NCBI GenBank assembly: GCA_041645495.1
Contig: JBAZPZ010000003.1
Span: 849-64,848 of the forward strand
Source: Fidelibacterota bacterium
GTDB lineage: Bacteria > Fidelibacterota > UBA2242
Direction of reading: 5' to 3'
Length of the DNA stretch: 64,000 nucleotides
The notes under the pieces were generated by a model. That model was not told the DNA's origin and searched no databases. It worked only from the letters and a program-made list of their open reading frames with translations. The position numbers were made by a program, and so were the translations under genes. This document shows positions 17,151 through 26,352 of this stretch, piece by piece. Numbering within the stretch: the stretch's first letter is position 1; every line of letters begins with the position of its first letter.

Positions 17151-18236
17151 CTAATTCTCCTCGGTAGTTTCCGGAATGAATTGTTCGATTTCCTCCATCA
17201 GACGATCGACGGCGGAAGATTCCGGGATTTTCTCGACGATCTCGCCCTTGCGGAACAGGAGCGCCTCGCCTTTTCCCGATGCGATTCCGACATCGGCCGT
17301 TCTGGCTTCGCCGGGTCCGTTGACAACGCAACCCATCACGGCAACGGTGATATTTTTCCGGATATTTTTGGTACGTTCTTCGACTTCCCGGACGATTTCC
17401 ATCAGATTCACTTCCGTCCGTCCGCACGTCGGACACGAAATGATATTCACACCGCGACGGATGATGGAAAGCGACTTCAGAATCTGAAAACCGACGCGTA
17501 CTTCTTCCACCGGTTTAGCGGTAAGTGACACTCTCAGTGTATCGCCGATCCCTTCGGAGAGAAGCGTTCCGATACCGATGGCGGATTTAATCGTTCCCTG
17601 CCACAGCGGCCCGGCTTCCGTGACGCCCAGATGAAGCGGAAAGTCATATTTCTCGGAAAATAACCGGTTGGCCTGAATCATGAGCCGAACATCCGACGAC
17701 TTGAGCGCGACAACGATGTCCTGAAAGTCGTTTTCCAGACAGATGTCGATATGCCGTTTTGCGCTTTCGAGCATGGCTTCCGGTGTCGGATAACCGTATT
17801 TTTCCAGCAAGTCTTTTTCCAATGAACCGGAGTTGACGCCGAACCGGATCGGTATGTGTGCGGCTTTGGCTTTTTTCAGAACTTCGGTTACACGTTCTTT
17901 TCCGCCGATATTGCCGGGATTGATCCGAACTTTATCGACGCCCGCGTCGATCGCGCCCAGCGCGAGCCGGTAATTGAAGTGAATATCCGCCACAAGCGGA
18001 ATCGTCATGTGCTTTTTGATCTCCGGAAGCGCAGCGACCGCGCGTTCATCCGGGATGGTGATTCGCAAAATCTGACAACCGGCCGCCTGAAGTTCCTCGA
18101 TTTCCGGCAGAATCGACCGGAGATCGTGCGTTTTGGACGTGGTCATGGATTGAACGGTAATCGGTGCGCCGCCGCCAATCGGAATATTTCCGGCAAGAAC
18201 CCGACGTGTTATTTTTCTCGGATATGAAGTCATCAC
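17151..18236 (-). CDS. ispG: 4-hydroxy-3-methylbut-2-en-1-yl diphosphate synthase (flavodoxin)
   Basis: 361 aa GcpE with a TIM-barrel N-terminus and a C-terminal 4Fe-4S Cys cluster (CPTCGR ... GCVVNGPGE). Confidence 0.9.
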   Translation of the reverse strand: MMTSYPRKITRRVLAGNIPIGGGAPITVQSMTTSKTHDLRSILPEIEELQAAGCQILRITIPDERAVAALPEIKKHMTIPLVADIHFNYRLALGAIDAGVDKVRINPGNIGGKERVTEVLKKAKAAHIPIRFGVNSGSLEKDLLEKYGYPTPEAMLESAKRHIDICLENDFQDIVVALKSSDVRLMIQANRLFSEKYDFPLHLGVTEAGPLWQGTIKSAIGIGTLLSEGIGDTLRVSLTAKPVEEVRVGFQILKSLSIIRRGVNIISCPTCGRTEVNLMEIVREVEERTKNIRKNITVAVMGCVVNGPGEARTADVGIASGKGEALLFRKGEIVEKIPESSAVDRLMEEIEQFIPETTEEN

Positions 18237-18340
18237 GCGCTCAAGTTAATATCCGGCAGTTTCTTACACAAATAAAAGTTCCGCATATGGAAAAAGCCCC
18301 TTGGTCAAGGGGCTTTTCACGTTCTTTTGGAAAGAAATAT

Positions 18341-19273
18341 TTATTCGATGAAGTCGGCATCCATAAAATCTTCGAGTTTGAAGCGCCCTTCCTTTTCCAG
18401 TTCGCGCGCTTTATCGACGATCTTTTTCTGTGCGGCTTCGACTTTTCTTCTCGGTTGAGGTCCTTCCAGCAACTGCATTTCGTCCTGAAGGATGATCTGC
18501 GTTCTCTGCGGAAGTGAGTTTATGAAAAACTCCTTGATGTCGTCCGGCTGACCTTTCAGCGCGTAGGCGACTTCCGAGGCTTCGACGGATTTCAGTACGT
18601 CGCCGACAACTGTCTGCGGCAGTTTGGTCATATCGTCGAACGTAAAATAGAAATGCTTGACCTGCTGAACGAGTTCCGGCGCTTCTTTCTCCAGATGTTC
18701 GAGAAACCGCCTTTCATCTTTCGGAGCCATCTGGCTCAGAATGCCGGCGACGTTCTCGCCACCGCCCCGTGAATATTCGGAAGCGCGCGGCAGAAACGCG
18801 GCTTTCTCCTTCAGTTCGTTTGCGATGCTGACGACGCCTTCCAGCGGAATGTCGCCGATGTGCCCGATTTCCGCCATCACTCTCGGCTGTGCCGTAGGCG
18901 GAAGATTTTGCAGGACGATCACCTGTCTGTCCACGCTCAATTGAGCGACCGTCAGCGCCATGATGACGGGCGATTCGGCGGCAATCAGCGAAATGATCTG
19001 ATTGTCGCTCAAATCGTTCAGGTACTCGAACGGTTTTTTCGTCTCTTCCCCGGCCGGTGTGAATTTTTCCGTAACAAAACTGAAGTAAAATTCCTCAAGA
19101 ACCGCTTTTTTAACCTCAAACGGTACACTGGCAGTGGAAGACATGTGTTGCCGAATTTTCTGGAGTTGGTTCTTGTTCAATCCCTTGAACATCTGAAGAG
19201 CCAGATTCGCGCCAAGCGTCTTGAACAGTATCGCGGCTTTATCCAGTCCGGTCAGGTCTTTATATTCCGTCAT
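18341..19273 (-). CDS. fliG: Flagellar motor switch protein FliG
   Basis: 310 aa. N-terminal LDKAAILFKTLG; C-terminal torque helix region with charged residues (ALKGQPDDIKEFFINSLPQRTQIILQDEMQ). Confidence 0.8.
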   Translation of the reverse strand: MTEYKDLTGLDKAAILFKTLGANLALQMFKGLNKNQLQKIRQHMSSTASVPFEVKKAVLEEFYFSFVTEKFTPAGEETKKPFEYLNDLSDNQIISLIAAESPVIMALTVAQLSVDRQVIVLQNLPPTAQPRVMAEIGHIGDIPLEGVVSIANELKEKAAFLPRASEYSRGGGENVAGILSQMAPKDERRFLEHLEKEAPELVQQVKHFYFTFDDMTKLPQTVVGDVLKSVEASEVAYALKGQPDDIKEFFINSLPQRTQIILQDEMQLLEGPQPRRKVEAAQKKIVDKARELEKEGRFKLEDFMDADFIE

Positions 19274-19289
19274 GAATTCATTCCTCCTT

Positions 19290-20789
19290 CTATTCGGCTT
19301 CCGTCTGTTCCGGTTTTACGTCGCCGCTCAACCAGTCGTTGATAATGCGTGAAGCCGTGTCGGGTTGACCGACGCTCATTGAAATGACAGACTGTTTGAT
19401 TCCCTTCATTTCCTCTTTCTGAGCCTCCATGTCGACGGGTTCCGCCGCGACTTTCGGCTCGGGAACGGGAATTGCCGGCGGAACGGCAGCCGGTTGCGAA
19501 GAGGTCGGTGCGGCTACGATTTCCGGAGCCGGTTTTTCAATGGGTTGCGGCGCCGGCGGAACCGGACGGGGACCCATCGGAATTTTCGTGCCGTATCCCC
19601 ATTCTATTTCCTGTCGCCTTGCCTGATTTCTACGCGTAATGAGGATGATGAAAAGAAGGATCAGGATAAGCAATGCCGCGATTCCAGCGGCGATCAGAAC
19701 GCCCATATTTTTGAGGCGCGACATGATGGGCGGCGTCGTTTCCAATGCGCCCAGTTCGATTTCCTGCAGACGGCGGTTGCTGTCGCGTAGTTGATCTTTT
19801 AAATTGGCGAGTTCCTGTTCGCGGACTGTTGTTGCTTTCTCGGTTTCCTGCCGCTGTTCGTCGGTGAGTTGCGGTGTCTGCAACTGCGCTCTCAGGTCGG
19901 TGATCTCTTTTTTCAAATCTTCCATGCGAAGCGAATCGCGGACGACAACCTGCTTCTCGGCGCGCCGCTGTTGATCGATGCGGCCGGAACGTTCGGTTTC
20001 CGTTTGTCTTCTGTCGATGTCGTCGATTTTTTCCGCGATATTTTTCAGGATGATCGCCTGAGCGCCGTCGGTCTCTTTTTTCTTCTTGAAATTCGCTGTC
20101 ATAACGCTGATGATGTCACCACGCGACCGATCAAAGTGCGAGGCGATGTTGACGACCTGTCGGATATTTTCGATCATGTCCGGAGTCACGCCGTCTTCGA
20201 CGATAATGCTGATCTGTTGCCGCTTGATGGTAAGAACAGGAATAAACTGTTTATTGACAGTTGTCGGTACCATTTTGGATTCCGGTGTTTCCTGACTTTC
20301 GGAAGTGTCCCCGATGTTTTCGGCCGTATCGGACATCAACTCCTGCGCCGGTTGATTCCTGGGTGTTTCGGTGAACGCTTCCTGCGGAATTTCAAAACCG
20401 GGCAATGGCAGAGAATAGGTTTGTTTGGCCGGTTTTTTCGATGTTGCACTCATATCTGCAGGCGTTTGCACACTCCGGGCGCTCGTTTTTGGCTTCCCTT
20501 TGGCGACAGTTTCCCCGGACCTGGCATCCGACGGTGACTGCCTAACCGTCTGTGTCTGTTCGATCGGTGTGAATTCGATATCCACGTTCACATCGACCAC
20601 GAACTTCATGTCGTCAAGGAGTTTATTCAGCGCGTCGCTGATCCTTTCCCGGAGACTGTTTTCGACGAGTAGTTTTTGAGATAGATAGGAAACCTGATTA
20701 TCCTGCGCGAACAGAAAGGTCAGCAACAGACATAGACATGCCATTGCAAAAAATGCTTTTTTTATCGTCAGGTTATCATTTCTGGCCAT
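19290..20789 (-). CDS. fliF: Flagellar M-ring protein FliF (short form, 499 aa)
   Basis: N-terminal TM; periplasmic region containing the FliF-type block IKRQQISIIVEDGVTPDMIENIRQVVNIASHFDRSRGDIISVMTANF (conserved RGD); second TM; Pro-rich cytoplasmic tail ending RIINDWLS (FliG-binding-type motif). The periplasmic middle is S/T/P-rich low complexity. Confidence 0.55.
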   Translation of the reverse strand: MARNDNLTIKKAFFAMACLCLLLTFLFAQDNQVSYLSQKLLVENSLRERISDALNKLLDDMKFVVDVNVDIEFTPIEQTQTVRQSPSDARSGETVAKGKPKTSARSVQTPADMSATSKKPAKQTYSLPLPGFEIPQEAFTETPRNQPAQELMSDTAENIGDTSESQETPESKMVPTTVNKQFIPVLTIKRQQISIIVEDGVTPDMIENIRQVVNIASHFDRSRGDIISVMTANFKKKKETDGAQAIILKNIAEKIDDIDRRQTETERSGRIDQQRRAEKQVVVRDSLRMEDLKKEITDLRAQLQTPQLTDEQRQETEKATTVREQELANLKDQLRDSNRRLQEIELGALETTPPIMSRLKNMGVLIAAGIAALLILILLFIILITRRNQARRQEIEWGYGTKIPMGPRPVPPAPQPIEKPAPEIVAAPTSSQPAAVPPAIPVPEPKVAAEPVDMEAQKEEMKGIKQSVISMSVGQPDTASRIINDWLSGDVKPEQTEAE

Positions 20790-20805
20790 AACCTTTTCCC
20801 CTTAT

Positions 20806-21492
20806 TTATCCTATGGTTAGAAAAAAAATCTCGACCCGTCGGTTTTGAGATTTTTTCTCATTGGTTGAATTTGCATCTTCGATCGTTTTCCCGGCGGAAC
20901 GCGGTCGGGTGTCGGCGTATCCGACTGCCTGAAACCGGTTGGACGGGATGCCGCGACTCGAGAAATAGCGAACGACCTGCGACGCTCTTGCCGACGAAAG
21001 TTCCCAATTGGAGGGATATAATTGCGATTTGATCGGATCGCTGTCCGTATGTCCTTCGATTGCGATTGGAAAGACGGATTTTCGGATCATGATGTCTAAT
21101 TTATCGAGAATCGGAAAGATGTTCGGGTTCAAGTCGGCGCTACCAGATTGGAAAGAGATTTCGCTCGGAATTTTAATGCAGACGCCGCGCGCGCTCGTTT
21201 CCACCTGAATGACGTCTTTCAGTTTTTCCTCTTCGATGACCTTCACAACTTCCTTGAAAACCTCGGTGAGCGTGTACGTCTTGGCCTTACCGCCGGGGCC
21301 GCCCCCAAGCGCATCGCCGACGGAACTGCCAAACTGTTCCAGTTTCACCGGATCGAGTTTGGACATCGAGAACAGAAGCACAAAAAAAGTCATTAGCAGA
21401 GTCATCATATCTGCATAGGTTGTCAACCAAGGCTCTTCTTCGTCTTTTCCGCCTAACGATTTGATCTTTTTTCTTTTCTTTTCTTCAGCCAT
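20806..21492 (-). CDS. motB: Flagellar motor stator protein MotB (OmpA-like C-terminus)
   Basis: 228 aa with a single TM carrying the conserved Asp (TYADMMTLLM) and a C-terminal OmpA/peptidoglycan-binding domain. Confidence 0.8.
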   Translation of the reverse strand: MAEEKKRKKIKSLGGKDEEEPWLTTYADMMTLLMTFFVLLFSMSKLDPVKLEQFGSSVGDALGGGPGGKAKTYTLTEVFKEVVKVIEEEKLKDVIQVETSARGVCIKIPSEISFQSGSADLNPNIFPILDKLDIMIRKSVFPIAIEGHTDSDPIKSQLYPSNWELSSARASQVVRYFSSRGIPSNRFQAVGYADTRPRSAGKTIEDANSTNEKKSQNRRVEIFFLTIG

Positions 21493-21495
21493 CGA

Positions 21496-22290
21496 TTATT
21501 TCTTTTCTTCCGGTCGTTTCCAATCGCGCGGTCTTAAATAGGAATTCAGTTTTTCACGGACTATCAGCGGATGTTTCCGGGCTTGTAGCAGAAGCGCTCC
21601 TTCGATCAACATGCTTTGCATGAGATTATGCCTCTCGATGCGGGTTTCAAATTTGACTGCCATCGGATTGAAAATTAGATTGGCAAGAATCGTGCCGTAA
21701 AACGTCGTGATGATGGCGGCGCCCATTCCGGCGCCCAGCACCTTCATCGGGTCGGCTCCGGACGAAGAAATCTCGGCCATCCCGTACAGCATCACGACTA
21801 AGCCGATGAGCGTTCCGACCATTCCGAACGCCGGTGAATATTTACCCATCGTTCTCAGTACGTTAGCTTCGCCTTTTTCACGCATTGTCCTGTTTTCGAT
21901 GCGGGTCTCGAGAATATCGCGCATTTCGTCGGGATTATAACCGTCGATGACCATTTGAAGCGCATCTCGAAGGAACGGATCGTGAATGCCGGACAGCGAC
22001 TTTTCGAGGTCCTGCATGCTTTTCCGTGCAATGGGTGCGAGATTGACGATCGTTTCCACCTCTTCCGGTAGATTAATCTTCTCTTTCTTAAAAACCATCA
22101 GGATGGATTTACTCAGGCTGAGCACGTCATTTAGCGAGAAACTGATCAGCGTCGCCGCGAACGAACCGCCGCCGACGATGAGCAAACTCGGCAAATCGGC
22201 GAACATGCTGAAATTCGGCGTCAGCAGATAAATCCCCCAAACGATGAGTCCGGTGCCGGTGATAACTCCCAGTATTGTGGCTATATCCAT
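21496..22290 (-). CDS. motA: Flagellar motor stator protein MotA
   Basis: 264 aa. Four TM helices with a ~100-aa cytoplasmic loop between TM2 and TM3, which is the MotA topology rather than TolQ/ExbB. Confidence 0.8.
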   Translation of the reverse strand: MDIATILGVITGTGLIVWGIYLLTPNFSMFADLPSLLIVGGGSFAATLISFSLNDVLSLSKSILMVFKKEKINLPEEVETIVNLAPIARKSMQDLEKSLSGIHDPFLRDALQMVIDGYNPDEMRDILETRIENRTMREKGEANVLRTMGKYSPAFGMVGTLIGLVVMLYGMAEISSSGADPMKVLGAGMGAAIITTFYGTILANLIFNPMAVKFETRIERHNLMQSMLIEGALLLQARKHPLIVREKLNSYLRPRDWKRPEEKK

Positions 22291-22300
22291 AGTTTAAACC

Positions 22301-23668
22301 TTACTCCTTTACGTTTTGTTCGCCGGCGCTCCGCAGCCTGTTCTCATTCATCGCCCGCAAAATGTTTCGCACATCGTCGTATTCCGGATCGATGCGAAGC
22401 GCCAGATTCCAGTTGATCGTCGCCCGATCGATATCGCCAAGTTTGTAGTAAATCGATCCGCGCCGCGCATATGCCAGCGCCAGATTCGGATTGAGTTCAA
22501 TCGCATTTTCCACTTCGACCAGCGCTTCTCTGTAATCGCCGGTATAAAAATATTGGAGAGACTTCGATAGGTGTTTTAACGCCAGATTGATATTTTGCTT
22601 CATCGCATGTTTGGCGAGTTTAACGGTCCGAACAGAATCTTCCAGCATATTGGTTTTCTGACGAAGATTGGCGACCTGACTGGTCAGATACTTGATCTCG
22701 GTTTCATAAACATTCAGCGAGTCCCGCAATTTGGCGATCTCAAAATCCGCGGCCTTGAGCGTCGAATCGAGGCGCGCCGCGAATTGTTCTTCCAGATCGA
22801 GCACCATTTTCGAACCTTCATTGACCATTCCTTCGAGCATTTTTTTTCGTGTCTGTTCCGGCTTGATGCGCGGAATCCGGAAGTCGAGGCCGACGCTAAT
22901 GCTGGGTGCTTCCCGTATGTTGGAGGCGTCGAAATTCTTCGCTCCAAAATTATACAGGTAAGTCACGTTGCTTATGCCAAGATTCAGATGGTAATCTTGC
23001 GTGATGGGAATTCGGACGCCGAGATTCACGCTACCGCCATCGAATTCACCAATCAGATCGACACCGCCTTGCTTCGCCATCATATTCGTGTGCATCAAAA
23101 TCCCAGCGAACACGCCGGCAGTGGTGCTGGAATCATCGCCGAACGCTGTCGCTAATCCGCCGGTTCCAAATCCCATGTAGGTGAAAAGGCTGTTCTTTCC
23201 GAACTGCTTCTCGTTGGCGATGACGCCGAAGATGGAAAGCGTTTGGGTATCCATGTTCAGTTTTTTCTCGCCCTGTCTGAGCACCAGATCGTGAATGCCC
23301 GCCGAAAAACTGATATCACCGTAAGTAAAAAGCCGCTGTTGCAGGTGAAATCCGAACTCGACCGGCTTATCACCGATAATTCCCTGCACAGAGGTGAATC
23401 CGATCTTGAACGAATTGGTCAGGTCGGTCTCGAAAAAGACACCTTTGGTGAACAAGGAGTCGGCAAAGCCGTAAACGTCCGTGCTGAAACCGGTCCGGAA
23501 AATGTAAGGAGTGCGATAGATACTGCTGGTCGGTATCTTGATCATGTAGCCGGGATGGGAAAATCCGACGCGCGTGACCTGCGCGCTGGAAACCTCGACG
23601 GCCAGAAGGATGACCAGACCTATTGATTTTGATCGTCTTATCATTTGACTCAACTCCGTTTGTCTCAC
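22301..23668 (-). CDS. Hypothetical envelope protein: signal peptide, beta-rich region, coiled coil, C-terminal TPR repeats
   Basis: 455 aa. Signal peptide, Gly/aromatic-rich beta-strand-like N-terminal half, a heptad coiled coil (KLRDSLNVYETEIKYL..), then TPR repeats (ALAYARRGSIYYKLGD..). Confidence 0.5.
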   Translation of the reverse strand: MRQTELSQMIRRSKSIGLVILLAVEVSSAQVTRVGFSHPGYMIKIPTSSIYRTPYIFRTGFSTDVYGFADSLFTKGVFFETDLTNSFKIGFTSVQGIIGDKPVEFGFHLQQRLFTYGDISFSAGIHDLVLRQGEKKLNMDTQTLSIFGVIANEKQFGKNSLFTYMGFGTGGLATAFGDDSSTTAGVFAGILMHTNMMAKQGGVDLIGEFDGGSVNLGVRIPITQDYHLNLGISNVTYLYNFGAKNFDASNIREAPSISVGLDFRIPRIKPEQTRKKMLEGMVNEGSKMVLDLEEQFAARLDSTLKAADFEIAKLRDSLNVYETEIKYLTSQVANLRQKTNMLEDSVRTVKLAKHAMKQNINLALKHLSKSLQYFYTGDYREALVEVENAIELNPNLALAYARRGSIYYKLGDIDRATINWNLALRIDPEYDDVRNILRAMNENRLRSAGEQNVKE

Positions 23669-24402
23669 TCTTTCTGTTTTAACCGTTTCAGTTCGAGTTC
23701 GGATAATTTGGCTCGCGGACTGCTGGGAAACCGTTTCAGCAGTCTGGTGAAAAACGCCTCCGCCAGTTTCGTCTCGCCCGTTTTTTGATAGATCACCGCC
23801 GAAGCAAACAGCGCATCATCCAGCCACTCAGATAACGGATATTCTACCACTTTTTTAAAATACTCCAGCGCGAGATAATCATCACCTAATTCAACGTAAC
23901 AATTCCCGATCCAGTAATAAGTATCGCCAATCATCTCGGAAGAAACGTCCGCGGACATCGTTTTTTGAAAGTAATCGACGGCAACCAGAAAATTTTGATG
24001 ATTGAAAGCATCCAATCCTTTCTGAAAGTATTTCTGGCCGTCTTTTCGTGAATATATTTTCGCCGGATTCGAAAGCGGCGCATACGGCGATTGAAACAAC
24101 CGGTTTTGCAACGCGACGACCAATTTTTTCAACGAATCCTGTTCCGCTTTCAAACTGTCCGTATCTGCTCGGAATCGTGAAAAAGCCAACGAAAGGGAGT
24201 CTAATTGGTTCTGTAGATGAACCAAACTGAGGTTAGCAACGCCTTTCCCGAAGAAGGGGGTAGACTCCCTCGCTGGCTCTATAGTGATTCCGAGATCGTA
24301 CAACTGCGTCGCTTTGCGCGCGGTTCCCGTTGTATCGGGTTCAATCGGAAGCAAAGTAATGGGTATGGCTATCATCAGTAGAATAATTTTCGGTAATCTC
24401 AA
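23665..24402 (-). CDS. CpoB/YbgF-like periplasmic protein (coiled coil + TPR)
   Basis: 245 aa. Signal peptide, coiled coil, and a C-terminal TPR block (YYWIGNCYVELGDDYLALEYF) like the Tol-Pal-associated CpoB. Confidence 0.5.
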   Translation of the reverse strand: MRLPKIILLMIAIPITLLPIEPDTTGTARKATQLYDLGITIEPARESTPFFGKGVANLSLVHLQNQLDSLSLAFSRFRADTDSLKAEQDSLKKLVVALQNRLFQSPYAPLSNPAKIYSRKDGQKYFQKGLDAFNHQNFLVAVDYFQKTMSADVSSEMIGDTYYWIGNCYVELGDDYLALEYFKKVVEYPLSEWLDDALFASAVIYQKTGETKLAEAFFTRLLKRFPSSPRAKLSELELKRLKQKE

Positions 24403-25193
24403 AATTTTTCCTGAGTCGTCAAATACTGTTTGGCTTTCGGTACGAGTTCGCTGGACGGAAAATTTTTCTCGAGTAGTTTGAAGGAAGCGACCGCCTTGTC
24501 CTTCTTCCCCATCTTGAGATAACTCATGCCGATTTTAAAAAGCGCAGCATCGGATTTATTGCCGTCACCGAGCCCGGACACTTTTTGAAACGCGGCGATC
24601 GCCGCGGAATAATTGTCAAGGGAATAGTAACTCTCGCCGATCCAATACTGACAATTATCGGCAAGCGTGTGCGTTGTGCTGATCGACAAAAGGTTCATAA
24701 AGCCTTTGATCGCGCCTTTGTAATCGCGGTCGAAATACAAATTCAGAGCGGTGTTGTAGTCTTCCCTGTAATCCGTATCGTCGAGCGGCAACGGTGTCGC
24801 TTCCGAGGAATCGACTGGCGTATCCAAATCCTGAATCGTTTTAACAACTTCCTGAGACACCTTTTTCTCGTCTTCGTACGCTTTCAGAATGGTTTTTAGA
24901 TTCGCGATTTCGTCCTGTTTGGCTTTCATGGAATCGGCTAAACTCTGATTGTGAGATTTGATGTCTTCCATTTCCGTTTGTAAATTGTTCAATTCGGCTT
25001 CCTGAATAGTCATTGCCGACCGGAGTTCGAGTACTTCGACGGATTTCTGTTCGACTTCCGAGCGTTTTTGCTGGAGTTCCTTATTCACGTCCGTTTTCGC
25101 CTGCGGTTGTTGTGCCCGAAGCGCAACCATCGACGTCAACAGAACAAAACAGAGCGCTAAAACAAATCGATTTCTCACTTGTACTGCTCCCAC
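24399..25193 (-). CDS. CpoB/YbgF-like periplasmic protein (second tandem paralog)
   Basis: 264 aa. Signal peptide, long coiled coil, and the CpoB-type C-terminal TPR block (QYWIGESYYSLDNYSAAIAAFQKV ... ALFKIGMSYLKMGKKDKAVASFK). Confidence 0.55.
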   Translation of the reverse strand: MGAVQVRNRFVLALCFVLLTSMVALRAQQPQAKTDVNKELQQKRSEVEQKSVEVLELRSAMTIQEAELNNLQTEMEDIKSHNQSLADSMKAKQDEIANLKTILKAYEDEKKVSQEVVKTIQDLDTPVDSSEATPLPLDDTDYREDYNTALNLYFDRDYKGAIKGFMNLLSISTTHTLADNCQYWIGESYYSLDNYSAAIAAFQKVSGLGDGNKSDAALFKIGMSYLKMGKKDKAVASFKLLEKNFPSSELVPKAKQYLTTQEKF

Positions 25194-26134
25194 TCGATGG
25201 AATAGGAATATCCGATGAAAGCGCCGAATGCTTTGGGAACGATGAGTTGAAAAGTTCCGGATGCTCCCGGCAGAAGCGAATTGTTCGTCGTGATTCCCGA
25301 ACCTTCAAAAGTATAGTAACTGCCTTCGACAAAAGCCGTTTTGGTTTCCGTTTCGCCGCTCCAGTTCTTCCGAAAAATGAAATTGATTTTTACAAAATCG
25401 GCGCGCCGGCTACCGATGTTCTTCACTTCGCCCGTAAAAATCGTGTTCCCTGTACGATCTTTGCTTTCCTTGACGTTTCCAACCAACACGCAGTTGGCAA
25501 CTCTGGAAGGCGAATCGGTCAACTTGGACGGTGCGCCAGATTGCGCGGTATAGGTCGGAGGAACGACCTGAGGAACAGGCGAACTGGATTTGATGTCCAC
25601 GGCGACTTCATCGGGCAGATATTGATCGGCCGGTTTTTCCGGAACGTTCGTGATAACGCGGACGATATTTGGTTTAGCCAGAACGATATATCCGATGACC
25701 GTCTCGATCTTGACGATTTTTTCGTCCTGATAAATTATTTTTCCGAAAAATGACGAACCGTTGTCCATCACGATTTCTTTATCGTACATGGAAAGCGGGT
25801 TCATCCACATCTGACTTTTGGATTGGATTTCCTGAAGTCCGTTCTGAAGGTGTTTCACCTCCGCGGCGAGTTTCTTCACCTCAAATGTCAGTTCGTTGAT
25901 GATATAATTTTGATCGGTTGGCGTTGTCTGAGTCGATGCCATCGCGGTCCGCTTCTGCGTCTCTCCGCTCGGTAGCGGGACGGTAATATTCGAAATATCG
26001 GACCTGGCGGAAGAGGATTCTACCTTATCCTGCGCCGCCGCCTTTTCTTTGGCATCCTTTTTGGCTTGAGACGAACCGCATCCGGTCAGAAATGCCAAAA
26101 GCACTAAAAAGACGAGAGAAATTTTTGCTTTCAT
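25175..26134 (-). CDS. Hypothetical lipoprotein
   Basis: Internal start MKAKISLVFLVLLAFLTGC has a lipobox, followed by a coiled coil and beta-rich domains. The longer N-terminal extension in the ORF track is probably spurious. Confidence 0.5.
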   Translation of the reverse strand: MKAKISLVFLVLLAFLTGCGSSQAKKDAKEKAAAQDKVESSSARSDISNITVPLPSGETQKRTAMASTQTTPTDQNYIINELTFEVKKLAAEVKHLQNGLQEIQSKSQMWMNPLSMYDKEIVMDNGSSFFGKIIYQDEKIVKIETVIGYIVLAKPNIVRVITNVPEKPADQYLPDEVAVDIKSSSPVPQVVPPTYTAQSGAPSKLTDSPSRVANCVLVGNVKESKDRTGNTIFTGEVKNIGSRRADFVKINFIFRKNWSGETETKTAFVEGSYYTFEGSGITTNNSLLPGASGTFQLIVPKAFGAFIGYSYSIEWEQYK

Positions 26135-26352
26135 AGTCCCGCACCTTCGGGTAAATGGTGTCCATCCGTTCAATCAAATCGTTTTATTACAATTTGGCGT
26201 TGCATTCGTGAAAAATATATATTTTCTCCGACTATAATGTCAAGGAAAAAATTAAGAGAATCCGCCAGTTACGCCGATGACTTAAATGATTAATTGAAGT
26301 CAGCCTCCTTTTTTCACCTTGTTTCAACCTGTTTCATCGTCCGAATATCCGG

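Noticed and set aside
19290-20789. Alternative reading of the 499-aa protein as a TolA-like or unrelated membrane protein
   Set aside because: The conserved FliF block with RGD and the C-terminal FliG-binding-like tail, plus its position immediately upstream of fliG, favour FliF despite the short length.
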